Part shown: piece after piece, positions 1 through 14,076 of the stretch
Numbering within the stretch: the first letter of the stretch is position 1
Layout of the letters: every line of letters begins with the position of its first letter
Assembly: GCF_036321535.1 (NCBI RefSeq)
Contig: NC_087437.1
Location: forward strand, 37,574,001-37,638,000
From: Camelus dromedarius
Taxonomy: Eukaryota
Length of the DNA: 64,000 nt
Direction of reading: 5' to 3'
Translations under genes and position numbers: made by a program
The notes under the pieces: generated by a model
Databases searched by the model: none
Seen by the model: the letters and a program-made list of their open reading frames with translations, nothing else
What the model was told of the DNA's origin: nothing

Positions 1-1529
1 AAATACAAAGACAGAAGCCAAGGTTCCTGCTTCAAGACACATATAAAACATTGAATGGAAAGAAATTTAGAAGAAAAGTAAAGGGCTAGAAGCCAGCACC
101 ACGAGAGAGACCAAAACCCGGGGGACTATGTGAAGAGTGCCAGAAGATAGGACATAGATAAGTACTAGTACCTCAATGTTATCATTCACTGATAAAACGG
201 CACAGTTGACTCTCCTTTTTTTATATTTAGGTCTCACTATTCTTAAAAGCTTTAGACCCAAATTTCCAGATAACTCATCTTTAGTAGATCTAAACCAGAA
301 GTCATCATCTCCATCAAGATCATTATCTATCTCTTTATCCTAATATCTCGTGTTTTCTCCAAGTCATAAAGGCTCAAAATTTTCAACTTTTTGTTCAGCA
401 TCATATGCAGACACTTAATTCTGCAAGTGCCCTCCCTCGAGATCTTATACACTATCTTTCTTTACTGCTTTACTGCAGTCACTGTAATTTATAACTTCAA
501 GTCTACATTACTGTAATTCTTTCCTAACTTCTTTTTCCAGACTCCAGTTATTCTAGTTCTCTCTTTTCCCCTAAAGTATCCTACCTCTCTCCAACAAAAT
601 AATGCAACTTGTTCTGATCCAAATGCAGTATTCCAACAGCACCAACTGCCTGGAGGTAAAGATCTAAACTACTTAACCTTATATTTAAAACTCTAAATTT
701 GGTGTTTGCCATTTTATCTTACTTCCCAGGTAGCTCACTCTCTGGCCATGCTAAGCTCTTCCATTTTCTTAAGCTCACACCTGTGCTTATTTGGTCCAGA
801 AACTGCATTGCCCTTCCTTAATGCAAACTGTATCTATCTTTCCAGTATCAGTTGACATCATTCTTCTTCCAAAGAAACTCTTCAAATCCATCTACTTGCC
901 CTCAAGAGCGCTAATTTCTCCCCACTCCCCTCCATAACAGTGTATTTCATACTTGGTGTTCCAGTACTCTCTTAGCCTCTCTCATATTACAGCTATCCAT
1001 GCTTGCTCATATTTTCCACGAGACTGAGAATAGAGAGCAAGGACAATACCCTCCTCACCTTTACTTAATTCACAATAACACACAACTTTTTTTTTTTTTT
1101 TATGAAGCAGGGTATAGCAGTGACTTGTCAATTGTATACCTACATCAATATTCCCTTGTCAAATCCCACTGGCCAAAGATCACCAGGAACACGACTGTAG
1201 TCAAACAAGGAAGAGCAGGGTGTCTCAGCTAAAGTTGAGAGGTATTTATTACAGGACTTGGACTTATGCTAAGGGAGTGTAAAGAGAAATTAGAGAAGGG
1301 GCGGGCACTAGGTCTGGATTGGATAATGTCCAGAAGTGAGGGCAATTCAATAATTAGGTGTCATAATCCTTGTTCAGGAGGTGGGAGGAACAAAATGGAA
1401 CTGGGGACAGCATTGATAATAAAGCAGCAATACGCTTATAAGTCAATTTTTGCAACAACAGTATAGCCTACTTAAAAGCACTGTTTATCACAGTCTCGCC
1501 AGCAGCAGTGCCAATTTTTCATCTCTCTT

Positions 1530-1960
1530 TTCTTCCTTTTAGTGGCAGAATCCCCTAAATTTAATAAGGTGCATGCCTATCCATCTATAAATTACATTGT
1601 CCAATCTCTCAGATGCTGATTTTGTCTATGAAACTAAATTCTAGTCAGTGGGATGAAACCAGAGTTCATGCATGCAACTTCTACATTATGTTTTTAAGAA
1701 GAAATGGCTTGCCCCCTACATCCTCTATTTGATTCTTTCTATAAGTCAAACACACATATAGTTCTGAAAGTCAGCTTTGACCATGTATCCCCAAGGAGTA
1801 CTGGAATAAGAAGCTAGGAGAGACTCAGAATCCTGGATCACATTGTGAACCAGTTACCTATCCAGTCTAGATCATTAACTTTCCTCTGAACTGTTATGAG
1901 AGAGAAATAATCTATCTTCCTTGAGCCGGTGAAGATTTGAGTCTCTTTATAAGAGTACTT
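1530..1960. mobile_element. Ancient ERVL-type solo LTR (LTR33/LTR16-like)
   Basis: Degenerate match to the recalled motif ...actaaattctagtcagtgggatg...catgcaacttct. Confidence 0.45.
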
Positions 1961-2261
1961 TATACACATATGATACAGATGGTGAGAATAGATATTGGTT
2001 ATTGAATTACAAATTCTAATGATGAAATGTTAAATGTGTCCAGTATGGATCAAGAGATTGCTAGCTGGATTATGTGTATGATCTATTATCCCCTCTGGCT
2101 TCCATTGTATGGCTTGCCAAGTATTTTCACAAATCAGGAAACTATATGCATATATACACTGCATAAACATCTAGGACTAATAAAAAATAATAAAATCTTA
2201 GGACTAATACAATCACTATAAATGATTGCAAAATGGAAATTAAAATGTATTACTTTATTAC

Positions 2262-2336
2262 TCATGCTTTGCTATTTTGGGGTAAAGGTTTTATTTATTT
2301 TTGTCAAATCTGCATTCTTGAAATGTGAACAGTGAC
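2262..2336 (-). pseudogene. SPG11-like exon
   Basis: Acceptor ctcttcccatgtag; ISRMQI*QK/NKTF versus QARIDFWKKCNENF, with TGA at the conserved Trp. Exon 3370-3536 gives FLIQWLL/TWKTYELNEL versus FLLKLMLQQCKTQYELGKL. Confidence 0.65.
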
Positions 2337-3971
2337 CTACATGGGAAGAGTTGGTTCATGTCAAATATAAGTTCTCAAAGAACTCTTAGTAAGTTAATTT
2401 TCAAAATCTGTCATTTAATCATTAGGGAAAATAGACAAGATAGATTGTTACCTACTACATTTCAATCATATGATAATAAAAAAATTATTTTTTCTATGTA
2501 ATATTATAAGTCTTTGCAATCCACATAAAATGGAACAAATAATAAAAATGAATGCCTGAGAACAATCTTTCTAATTATTATTGTATATATATTGCAAATA
2601 TTATTGAATTGATATTTGGTTTATGAAAACATTCCTAAAATTTCCAGCTTAATAATTTTCTTTACCTTATTTCCATATTGTAATTATAGGGAATTTATTG
2701 TGGGAAAAACCACTTTTTGGATGATGGGATATTCATTCACATATTGGAAATAGGTGATAATAATAGAGACTAAATAATGAATTCAAAGTACACAGACCAT
2801 ATTTCTCTTGAATGGCTACTTAATGTATACATTCTAGAAACAGAAGTTATATATATAACGGTGGAGAAAAATAAAAATAAGTGGACTAGAGGATATTCTA
2901 AAATTAATCTGATGCCCTTAGCACTGTGAGATTTACCTATTTTAATAAAATATTTAATAGAGACTTAAAGTCATATTTATTTGGCAAATAAGTGAGAACA
3001 CTGAAGTCAGCTGAGAAACTTGTTTTCTAAATTTCTCTGGATAATTTCCATATGTTAAGAATAATTAGTAAAAACTGTGTGTTTAACAAATTTCCAATTC
3101 TAATTTGGTAAAGGTTTTAACAATGATAGTAAGTTCTCAATGAAAAATGGACTAATCACTTCAGTTTCTTATTTCTTCACCCTTAACGTAATTCATGAAA
3201 TATTTATTAGTTGGCAATTACTAAAAAGGAAATTTTAAATTAATTAAAATAGAAATTACTTGAAGGTAATGAAGTAGCCCCTATGAGTGAACATCTCTAA
3301 GATGTAACCTTTCTAAAATTTCAATTAAAATTACATCAAATATTTTCCAATATTAATTTTAGTATTCACCCAAATCAGAAATAGTTTCATAAAACATTAG
3401 TTTTTAGAAGGGAAATACAGACTCAAAGCTCATTTAACTCGTAAGTTTTCCAAGTCAATAAGCAACCACTGAATTAAGAAAATCTGCCCAGCTCTAATAC
3501 ATTCACTACATTCTGAGATTTTTATGACCATTTTAACTATTGATATTACCAAATGCCAACTTTGCATTAAGAAGGATAACAAGATGAATGGTACTCCCAT
3601 TTCTACAATTATTGCCTCATAAAGTATGTGAGACCTTGCACTGGGAACAAAAGTCTTGAGTTATAAAACTATTTATGACACAATAGGAAAATTGTCAATT
3701 AAAATGAGAAAACAGATTATAGTGACATCATTTTATATTACTAGCAAATTTCCCTGATGTTTTCAGAATATACTAAACAAAGGTTACAATACTAATACTG
3801 TAATAATTTCCCCAGAATGTCTGAGAATCTATACCTACAGTATAAAGTCAAACTAATAATCAGGGTTAATTTTAGGTTTTGGACTACATTATTTGAATTA
3901 TATTAAAAGAAATCTTAATCCAGGAAAAGTCTATGTGTTCATGTCACTTATAATATACACATCTAATTAAC

Positions 3972-4233
3972 TTTTCTACTCCTTCCCCAGTAACAGAGGA
4001 AAACAACTCAGAAAACATCTAGTGTTTGCTTTGAATAGTCACAAGGTTATCTGCACAAAACTGATAACTACTTGCACCAAGACATGTTTTGGAAGGAAAA
4101 TACATCAGCTTCTTCCAGGAATACTGTGTTGTTAAGAATTTCTACTTTTGGAGAGGTCAATTTTAGCAACCTGATTTCTCAAAAAGAAGTTTGTTTTACT
4201 TACATTTCAAAATGTGGAGATTCCAACTTTCGC
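3972..4233 (-). pseudogene. SPG11-like exon
   Basis: Acceptor tttctatattccag; SWNLHILKCK*NKLLFEK versus TWNLEDLSVIWRTLLTRQ, and KTCLGASSYQFCADNLVTIQ versus ELCMFFRNYKEAEAKLLEFQ. Confidence 0.7.
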
Positions 4234-4274
4234 CTGGAATATAGAAATCTGGAATGATCATAATGCTATCACTT

Positions 4275-5880
4275 TTTAAACAAGAAAAAAATTGGTCCCA
4301 TTGTTTATTTTCACTTTTATTTCTTTTACCTTAGAGGACAGATCCAAAAAAAATTGCTACAATTTATGTCAGAGTGTTTTGCCTATGTTCTTTTCTAGAG
4401 GGTTTATGATTTCAGTTAACATTTTTATTACCAATGCTTTCAATTCTTTATTTGGTAAATTGTTTATTTCTATTTCCTGATAAATTATGTTTTCAGGGGT
4501 TTTCTCTTGTTCTTTTAACTGGTTATAGTTCTTTTGCTTTTTCATTTTGCTTAACTTTCTCTGCCTTTATGAATTTAGGTGAAAGAAGTTATCTACTGCA
4601 AAGAGCTGGTCTTATACGGGAACCTCCCTGCACAGACTGCATATGCTCAATGCCTTTGATGAGAGAGCTGGATATGACATGGATATAAGTCAAGTCTTTC
4701 CTCAGGGCATACTGGCAGCTGTCACTTTGGTAGAGGTCGGAGCTGGAGATGGAGGGGATAGAGCTGGAGCTGGGTGTGAGGCAGGAATTTCTCTCTGCTA
4801 TCACCTCCATACTCGGGATGGGGTCTCATCCCAAGTTGCTGCAGCAGAAGCCTTGAGGATTGGGTCCAGGCTGGCTCTGTTCCATTTAACTGTGTGTTTT
4901 TTCACTCTCCCTGCACCAGACCCTTGCCCCAGAGTAGGTGAGTGATGAAACAGAGTAGGTGAGTGATGACCTGTGTGAAATGTCAGCTTGTGTAAGCCAC
5001 AGAGTTCCAATGTGCTGCCTATGCAGGCACCAACTGCTCTGCTCACAGTCTTGGGTGGAAGTCTCCTTTGTTCTTCACAGTTGATCACTGCTCCCAGCCT
5101 ATGCTGACCCACCCTGTTGTGGAATTGTTCCAGAGGGCAGATGGGGCCTTCATGGCCTCTGGGCATGTATCAGTAGTAAGTTGTGGAGGAGTGGTCACTG
5201 TCAGAGCTCTGGGCTGCTTCTGACATGTTTCTTGAGTAAGCACCAACAATGGCGTCTGCCACCCCACCCAGTCTCTGTCTCAGGACTGGGTTACCTCTGT
5301 GTCTCTTTTTTGAGTCTTTTCCCCAGTCGTGGCCACCCCAGATCCAGTGCTGTGATGTGAAGTGATCAGGGCCTGAGCATTCCCTTAGTTTGGGCTAGAG
5401 TGCATGACTGGGCAGTCATGGGAAACCAGGCAGCTGCTAGAGCAGACCTCTCTCCACTCTGCATCAGGGGCAAGCCAGTGTGCAAATGCTCTTCATGAGC
5501 AGAATCCAGGATTCTTGTAGCCCTCTTCTGTTAGTCTCAGTGGTCCTCCAACCAGACAAGATGGCTTGCTTCCCTCATGTAGGACCCCAGGATTGGGACG
5601 TCCAATCTGTTGCTCAAGCTGCTCACTCTCCAGGGTGGGTGTCCACCTGTGTAATCAATCCTCCTTTTCCTCTGAGTCCCCTCCCAGTGGCACAGGTCCT
5701 GATCCAATGACTTTTCTCCCCTTTCTACCTGACTATGTGTGTATCTTTCTTATAGCCATGATTTTACAGGAGTCCTTCTGCCAGTTTTCAGTGAGAATTG
5801 ATCCATATATAGATGTATTTTTGATGTGTTTGTGGAGGGAGGTGAGCTTCAAGTCCTCTTTCTCTGCCATCTTGATATGA
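4275..5880 (-). mobile_element. LINE-1 remnant: ORF2 fragment (~4290-4420) joined to a GC-richer 5' region
   Basis: Typical antisense L1 text (cagatccaaaaaaaattgctacaatttatgtcagagtgttttgcctatgttc) and an L1-like 5' terminus (tcctctttctctgccatcttg); internal duplication of cagagtaggtgagtgatga at about 4930-4968. Confidence 0.7.
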
Positions 5881-7480
5881 ACCCTCATAAATAAAAACTC
5901 TCAAAAATATGTGATTTAAAAAAACTTAGGAAGTAAGAGTTTAACAGTGTCCATGAAAATATCTGATAACTCAAGTGAAATGGGTAAGTACAAATCAAAC
6001 CCCTCAAGCTTTTCTAGAAATATAAGACTAATTAATGAATTGGAAGAATGGGAAAAAAATAAGAAAGTATAGACCATAACTATTTTCCTAATTATTTCCA
6101 AACTTTTCCTGAATTTGGATTTTAAAAAAATATGTTTAAGATAGTAACATTTATAAAAGAGAAGATAACTTTGATCTTTGCCTAAAGATAAAGGATAGGC
6201 AATAGAGGAAAGCAGAAACTATGCAAGTAACCTTTGATACTTATTCCAGAATATTATTTAAAAGTTTCATAATAGCAGGCATTCAATAACTATCTATTGA
6301 ATGAGAGCAAATTACTGGTTAATTAATGGGATATTAAATTCTTTCTTCCCATCATAATATTTCAGAAATAGTAAAAGTTCATTTGTTTGCTGTTCCATAA
6401 GATTCTTCTGACTAGTATAAAGTTGGGGTAGTTCACATCACCGTACCTCAAACTCAAGGCAACTTGCTCTCCTGTCTACCTAACTGAATGTTGTTCTGGG
6501 AGATAGCTCTTGCTGAACTACTGAATATTTATATTTGAGATTAAGCAAGTTATTTCACATTCACTTCATTTTTCTCATGTATAAAATAAGTTCCATTTTA
6601 AGTAAAGTTCTGTCAGATTTAATTTTTTCATCTCAGACAAATTATTTTTCAACCCTTCCTGTCCTTGCTTCCAGAATAAAATACCAGGACTAAAACTAGG
6701 AAATTCTTATTTATGTGTATTTCTATTTGCATACATTTCTTGAATAGCTATAAAGACGATGCTTTTGGATCTACCTGTCTCAGGTAGACAAAATTATTTC
6801 AGACACTTGAACTTTTCTTCCTTTTTTCCTATGTTTCCGTATCTCTGTTCTTTGCAAGGAAGCAAATTTCCTTTTTGGGTCACTAACTCCTTTCCTTTCC
6901 CTCAATCCTACTGATAATATGCCCACTGATATCTACTAACAATTATGTTAAGTTGCAGTTAGGATGACTGAGGCACATGAAAAGGAGAGTAGACATTGAA
7001 CAGGATAATTACTATTGTTTGAGCACTTTATGAATTAGAAAGGCCACAAATGTCAGTCATATGTGACTAGGATAATATCAGAAACAAGGACTGCATGTGC
7101 AGATTATAAAGAGTAAGGACATCAACAGTCAAATCTGTTGATAGGGACCAAATAATGAGAGAGTAGTTAATCACACAAACTACCTCTTGTCCCTAATGTT
7201 TAACTCCAGAAATCAAGAATGGAAGCCCATTATATAAACACTACACTCATTTCTTTAAATCATCATTTTCTTGGTTTCAAGGTTAGCTGCAAGACATAAA
7301 AATGCAAAAAAAGAAGCAAAAAATAAAGCTGGATGTAGGAGGGTATATATTTAAATAATCTTATTCTACATGTGTTTTGTTGTGATCTCTTAACATTTAA
7401 ATTTATTTACTACATTAAGCAAGAAATAAAAGTTTGCAATTAAATCAGATTAAATTTATTTTGAGTATTCTGTTGGTCAC

Positions 7481-7603
7481 TTTGTACAATACAGAGTGGA
7501 AGCACATGCTGTTTCAAGAGCATCTGTCCTACTACTACAATAACATCAATATTCAAGTTAATGCCAACCAGTCCAAGTGAATTGTTTTTGAAATGTCAGG
7601 AGC
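7481..7603 (-). pseudogene. SPG11-like exon
   Basis: LGLVGINLNIDVIVVVGQMLL versus LELLGLDSLKLRVDMKVANIIL; AG/GT bounded. Confidence 0.7.
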
Positions 7604-7999
7604 CTACATTTTATCTTTTTAAGCCACTAACAGCAAAATAAATTTAAGAAAAACCACCAAAAGAAGATAAATCTGCAAAAGAAAATGACTAAAAGTCATG
7701 TAACACAGACATAATAGCATTTGAAACATAAAGCAATATGATAAGAAATCAAGTCATGTAATCATTGAAAGTGTACAATGTTATGTGACTCTAAGTTGCT
7801 TTTTATTAAAAATTAATATATTAATTGAAATAAAATTAATTACTTGAAATATTTTGGGTATTTCAGGGCATTGCCTAGTTACCTTGTTCTTAAATAAAAA
7901 GGAATTTACATTTACAAACTAGTTTCCCTAGAAATGACTTCGAGGAATAAAAATACTTTAAAATGATAATAACATATTGGGAGAGTTATTATAGAAACT

Positions 8000-8531
8000 T
8001 GTTGAAGTAAGTAAAACCTCCAGTATTATGAAACAAAAAGTTTCCAGTAGAGAAAAGGATGGGAGTTCCCCTATACTAAGTTTTTATATAAAACATTGTA
8101 CTATTATTTTCTCATTATTTTATTTTATCTGCAAAAAAAAAAAAAAAGGAAAAGAAAAAAATATGAAATGAACAACTGCTCTAGAGTTACAGATGGGGAA
8201 AGAGAGGTTCAATATACAGTCAGTGGAAAAGTGAGACATTTCTATCTCAGAAGGCCTTGCTCTTTGCATAAACAACTGGAGTTTAGCTTATTATATATTT
8301 TAAGCAGTAAATAATATGTTCATGCACAATGTGAGTGTGAATAAGCTCCTCAGCACTATCTGAATTACATGGGTGAAGCCCCAGAGTTCACCAGGTCATT
8401 TTGTTTACAGGGATATTAGCTTGATTGTGAGAGTATACATGCAGGAATCACATGTTACAATAGTCACTAGTTTCCAGTGAGGCACTTTGTCAAGGCATAT
8501 TTCATTTCTCTTTCAACCATGGAGACTGAAG
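8000..8531 (-). pseudogene. SPG11-like exon(s), interrupted by a poly(T) expansion
   Basis: Acceptor ccccttttcatag; MKYALTK/PHWK versus LKMALTPYPKLK, EMSHFSTDCILN versus HLPHFSSPDLVN, GELPSFSLLETF versus GRPSFAFGTF, all in order. Confidence 0.75.
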
Positions 8532-8899
8532 CTATGAAAAGGGGCTGAAATTTTTTGAATTAAGTAGATAATTTAAAATGCATGTGAAAGATAAATATTA
8601 TTATATATCCAGGATGTTTGTACAGTCTTATGTATATCTAAGACTCCCTAATCACCTTCAGAAATTCTACAATAATCTATATTTAGATAAGCCTGTGATA
8701 CCAAATACCAGCTATAATGTTTATTTTAATGATTGATTCTTCCTAAGGAGAAAATGACTAAAAGTGTACTACTGTCACATTCAAGATTTTTCACTGACAG
8801 CTATTCCCTCTTGCTGACTTGATTTCTTTACCCTCTTTACCCCTAATTGTTACCTACCTCTTGCTTATGGAAGTTGCACTAAAATAAATTTTGAAGTCT

Positions 8900-9830
8900 C
8901 AGATACGTTAAAAATGTTAAAATAAAATAATAAAGTATAAAATTACCAGAAGAAAATAAGTTTTCTTATTCATTCTCATCTACTTTTTAAAAATAAAAAC
9001 TGAATAGAGAATGCATCTAAGTATATTTCAAAATTCAGAAAATAGAAAAGAAAGAAGACTGATAAATCAAGTGCACAAAAATATAAATGATCTTCTTTGC
9101 CTGAAACACTCTAAACAAAGAAAGGATTAAGAAGACAATTTGAGAAAATTTTGGGAATTCATGTCAAGTGCCAAAATTTACTTTTTGGAATTAAAGGTTC
9201 CTACAAATCAATAAGAAATAGACTAATGATCCAATCAAAAAATGGAAAAAGATACAAATTGACATCACCCAGGAAAAAAAGTGACTCAGTAAATAAATAT
9301 GCTCAAAATCACTCAAGATAAGAGGTATAAAATTTAAAACTGCCAGATCATGTTTCACCCCGAGCAATAAAATAATTGGATGACACTGTGATGGAGAGTG
9401 TGTAGGGAACAGTCCTCATATGTGCTGCTGGGTAGGAAATTGGTGCCAGCTTGGTGAACAGCAATTTGGGGAATGTGTACTAAAATTTTAAGTGTGTATG
9501 TTTGTTGACCCAGCAGTTACATCCATAGGTCTTTTTTTAATACATGTATAATTGCATACATTCAAATGATGTATATTCACTGCAGTTTTGTTTATAACAG
9601 CAAAAATTGGAATTTTTAGTTCATTATATAACTAGTTAAATAGCTTATGATGCACACACAAAACAGAATATTGTACAGCCATTCAAAAGAAAGACACATA
9701 TATAGTGACTCATATGTAAGGATCTCCAAGGGAAAAAAAGCAAGGACCAAGTAATGTGTATAATATATATCATGGACACATAATACCAATTAAGGAAAAA
9801 AAGCTGGATCTGCTGAGAAGCACACATATA
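8900..9830 (+). mobile_element. Old L1M (L1ME-like) 3' fragment
   Basis: Degenerate ORF2 end and 3' UTR motifs (tttgttgacccagcagttacatccatagg, aacagaatattgtacagccattcaaaag). Confidence 0.6.
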
Positions 9831-11337
9831 ACTTTTCTTAAATCATCCTTGTTAATATGAACTTTGTAGGTATTGTTATATAACTTAAAAGAATCTTACA
9901 TACTTTGAGGATTTACAGTATTGACTTTAGATTTTCTTATTAACCTTTAATTGCCTTAAAAGCAGTGAAAGTCTAAACATATTATTCATTTTTATGATAC
10001 ATGTTCCCATCTCTTTAAAAAATGTATTGCGTAACAAAATAATTTGAGAATTAAAATATGTAGAATTCAATTTTGTATTGGATTCTTGTGGGAGAGAGGG
10101 GTTTGGAGGTAAGCTTCAGGATAACAACAGACAAATGGCACAACATGAACTGGAAAGTAGTAACTTGAACATATTTTAGCTTTGGTCGAGAGAATATGTC
10201 CCTTTCTATACATTCTTTAATTTCAACTTACTTTTGGAATATTCAAAATAACTTTAATATTTGCTTTCCTTAAATTAAAACAGTACAGCAAATGTTATAT
10301 AATAAACATGATTCTGGCTGAAGAACATTTGCAATTCACAGTCACTTTGGCTAAGAAATTGTACACAAATGGTTATGTTGAAGAACTTATACTTAGAGCA
10401 TTAATGTATAATGCATTCAGTGCCAAATCCAAATTTCAGGATACCAAATGGTTGTCTTGTTTAAACTTTCCCTTGGTTATGACATTTGCTCTATGACCAT
10501 CACATTTAATTAGCAAGTTTATTTTATCAGTGTGAACTTATACATCCTTACTATCTAAAAGATACATTTTCACATACATAAACATCAGTTAGAAATCAAA
10601 GTCAGATTATGGTAAGTCACTTGAAAAAAGAAAGGAAACTAAAGGAAATAGGTGACAGTGCTCTATGCCCATAATCACTTTTTAAAACAGTCTGAAAGCA
10701 TCATTGATACACTATCATTCAATAGTATTATTAAAGATTAGAGTAGAAAAAAGAGTCTTAGACTGTACATCTTAGTAAGGAATTCTTTCCATTCAAGTAA
10801 AAGGTGTTTACAGTAAGACTATGAAATGAAATAAACAGCACTCCAGGATGGTCAATAGACATTTACTTAAGGACCAAGTAAATCACTCAAATACATTCCT
10901 TATCTCCAAGTTTTACCCAGAATTTGGAGATTTATATTTGAAAAAACATTTCAAGATCTACTGAGCATTCTTGGTCACTGAGTTATAACATATTCTTAAC
11001 CACTGAACCTATGCAATAACTAATGATAAAACATAAATCAAGAGTATGTATTTATTGGATCAAAGACATTTCAAGTTTACTTTTATTTGTTAAGGAAATA
11101 TAAATGAAATAGAGCTATAAATTTAAAAACTGTTAGTGTGTTTTGGCTTTAAACATGTAAATATCTGAATTTGATAATATTTGATAGTACTGTCTACCCT
11201 CTAATATTTATTTAGTTCATAACTCCTAGAATAAACATGTCTTGAATATCCTAAATAATTTTGAAGTGCATGAATTATATAATTTTCAGAAATAACACGC
11301 CAATATACAAAGCATTCTATAGTACTGGCAAACATAC

Positions 11338-11681
11338 TCATAAATTTCTCCAAAAGTAGGATAAAAAGCATTCTGATTGTGATTTAAAGATGCTTTCTAC
11401 AGCATTCTTTAGTTCCTTTCCCAAAATTGTTGGGACCGTCATATGTTTTCCAATATTAGAATAAACTCAATGTAATTATTGGATGTGATGCCTTTCAGTA
11501 TAATGTCTTCCAATGTGGAACTTCAACTCAAGACTTAAAGAAGGGCATGTAAGAGTCTCATGGAAAACAGTTTGATTACACCAAGACAAAGCAATCAGAT
11601 TTGAAGGCTTTCATACTATTATAACAGTCAGACTACCAAAGTTATCAACAGGTGTTCCAAGGCATCCTCTGAGGCTTTCTG
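11338..11681 (-). pseudogene. SPG11-like exon
   Basis: LKFHIGRHYTERHHIQ*LH*VY versus WDFHSQFILYCLEHSLQHLLYVY; preceded by a 42-nt exon at 11926-11967 (LNLGGLDD versus SRIGGVIQ) with a strong acceptor and GTGAG donor. Confidence 0.65.
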
Positions 11682-12763
11682 CTATCAAGGTTTTTAAAAA
11701 ACCAAAGGGATAATTATTTTTAATTTTTAAAACAGTAATAGGTATTTCCTCAAAACATTTGAATGCCACAAGTATTTCATTACTATAACTGAATTAAGAG
11801 ACAAAACTCATTCAAAGGTACACTTGTAATGGGTACATTTTGTTGTATATAAATTTACTCTAGAAGTTGAATTCAAAAATTTACAGAGACTATAGAAGCA
11901 ATGTCAATAAGAATCTAAGGCTCACTCATATTTGGTGGCCAGGGTCATCCAGTCCTCCCAGATTCAGCTGTGAAGAGTATTAGAAATATGTCTTCACCAA
12001 GCTAACCCATATTTACCAAATTTGTGTGGTCATAAAAAGGTCTGTGTAATTCGTAAACACACAGATTTCAGGGATCAACTAATGCTAACCAAATCTGCAT
12101 GTTTAACAATATTTACCACATGATTCCTAGAATTTGTGCAGTTGAGAAACAGGGATTTTGTTTCCTCAGTCTCTATTAACAATCATTTTTTTTAACTCAG
12201 TTTTTCAAGTGAAATTCTTCCAGCTCAAATTTCTGTTAGTCTTTGAGTTGTACATAGTTTTATGGACCTATGCTTTCTAGAATTCCAGACATTACAGTAT
12301 TAAGATGATTCCTAATCAGGAACTCAAAAAAGAATAAATACAAGAAAAGATTAAAGATCTCCTACTTTGGCTCATTACATCAGGTAATGGAGTGAAAGAA
12401 AAGAAAGATATAGCATTGGCACTTCCAATGTCACCTTCCTAGTATAACACCCAAAATGCTATGTACTTTGCTCAAAAACAAAGAAAAAGATTCAAGCATT
12501 TTGAAAATGATTTAATATCTTTGAAACAAAACATGAACAAACACCAAACAATTCTGTATAATTTCACTACTCACTGGGAAAAGCACATTTACTAAGTTAA
12601 AAAAGGAACTTCAGGATGCCAAGCAGCTACTGATTTTGAGTCCAAAGGAATGCATTATAATACCCACTTGTTCTGGTTATAAACATTTATTGATGTTAAA
12701 TGTACAGTGAGTATAGCTCTCATTGAATAATGTGGCTTCACTAAAATTAACTATTTTGGTTAC

Positions 12764-12849
12764 CTTTACAAATTTCAATCACTGAATCATTTCAATTACG
12801 GCTACAGAAAGTTGTCCAGAGTTCAGACACTGATAAACACCTTAAATTT
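12764..12849 (-). pseudogene. SPG11-like exon
   Basis: Donor AAG|GTAACC; FKVFIS/SEL/DNF versus NGVFLASELEDF. The preceding segment (13125-13166) gives MTSLVVEEFYLDQL versus NTSCNNYMRNEILDKL. Confidence 0.65.
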
Positions 12850-13931
12850 CTAATACCCAGAATAGGAATGACCAGAGAAGCAGCCTCCTGGCTTATTATT
12901 AGCAAGGCCTATTTTACATTTTACTAAAATAGAGGTCCTTAAAGAAGACACATAAGAATCACTTGGTATTATCAAAAACAGACTCCCGGACTCTGCCCAA
13001 GAAATAATGGATCCGATCCAAATCTTAAAGGCAGTGGCCCAAGAATCTGTATTTCAACTAGATTCCTAGGCAATTAACATGATGAAACAGTTTGGGGAAA
13101 TCTCTTTATATTTTAAGAACTCTAAAGCTGATCAAGATAGAATTCTTCCACTACCAATGAAGTCATGGCCCGAAAGCACAGATGTATGTAAGTGAATGTT
13201 ACGTTGATGGTCTATAAAAGCATTTCTTCCAAAGTAAACAAATAATAAGAGAGTCACTAGAAAACCTTCCTCAGAACCATCTGACATTGATTTTTGTCTA
13301 CTCCTTTGTGGATACTTTCTAAGGCCACAAACTGAAAGAAAGCAATTTTTCATTAAATGACACAATTGCTGAAGCATAGTCACTCACTTGCTTTATGCTG
13401 TTTTGTTGAGATTTTATATTCTTTATTTGTTCATACATAACATTCTGTTTCCTGCCTACTACTCTCTTTCTCCTCTCTTCCTGACCCCTGACTTTCCATC
13501 TACTCTATACACTTTCCTCATTCATGCATTTCTTAATCCAGATGGATTATGATCACTTTATCTTCAGGTGAATAGTTTATCAAGATTTTACAGCATGTAC
13601 TTTAAATATTTTGGAGGACAAGATCTGACATAAAACTAATTCCATTTAATAGCAAGCCATATTATAACAGCATTTACTTCTGCTTGTTTTAAAATGATCT
13701 TTGTCCAGTACACAAATCCTACGATAATCAGCCATAAAAACGATTAGATAGCAGACAAAATTATGGATCAGCTTTTCCCCACATGGTTGGAAATGTACTT
13801 TTTCGAGGCACATGTGTTAACTAAAACAAAAGACTCAGAATACAAACACATTGGTATACAAATCTATATATCAAACTTACCAAGGGAAACATAAACATTT
13901 CATTCATTTCATTTATTCAATTTTTTCTCAC

Positions 13932-14076
13932 CTTTTTAAAAAAGTCCTTTTGAGAATGGCTGATAAAGAAGAGTAACCAGCACCGGTTTACACAGAAATT
14001 GATGCTCTGTAAAGCCATTTACTAAAGAGCAACCTGACTGCCTGAAAGAGTCAATACATTTCGTAAAGAGAGGTTT
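13932..14076 (-). pseudogene. SPG11-like exon
   Basis: Acceptor tctctctgtgcttcctag and donor AAG|GTGAGA; NLSLRNVLTL/QAVRLLFSK versus SPG11 HLYLRNVEELIPALDLLCSA; phase-compatible with the 16620-16683 exon. Confidence 0.75.

Noticed and set aside
6770..6788. Perfect 8-bp hairpin tctacctg-tct-caggtaga
   Set aside because: A stem this short is expected by chance in 64 kb, and there is no ncRNA context.
10308..10496. Plus-strand 62-aa ORF MILAEEHLQF...
   Set aside because: No splice context or recognisable family; more likely the antisense shadow of a weak SPG11-like exon that I could not frame confidently.
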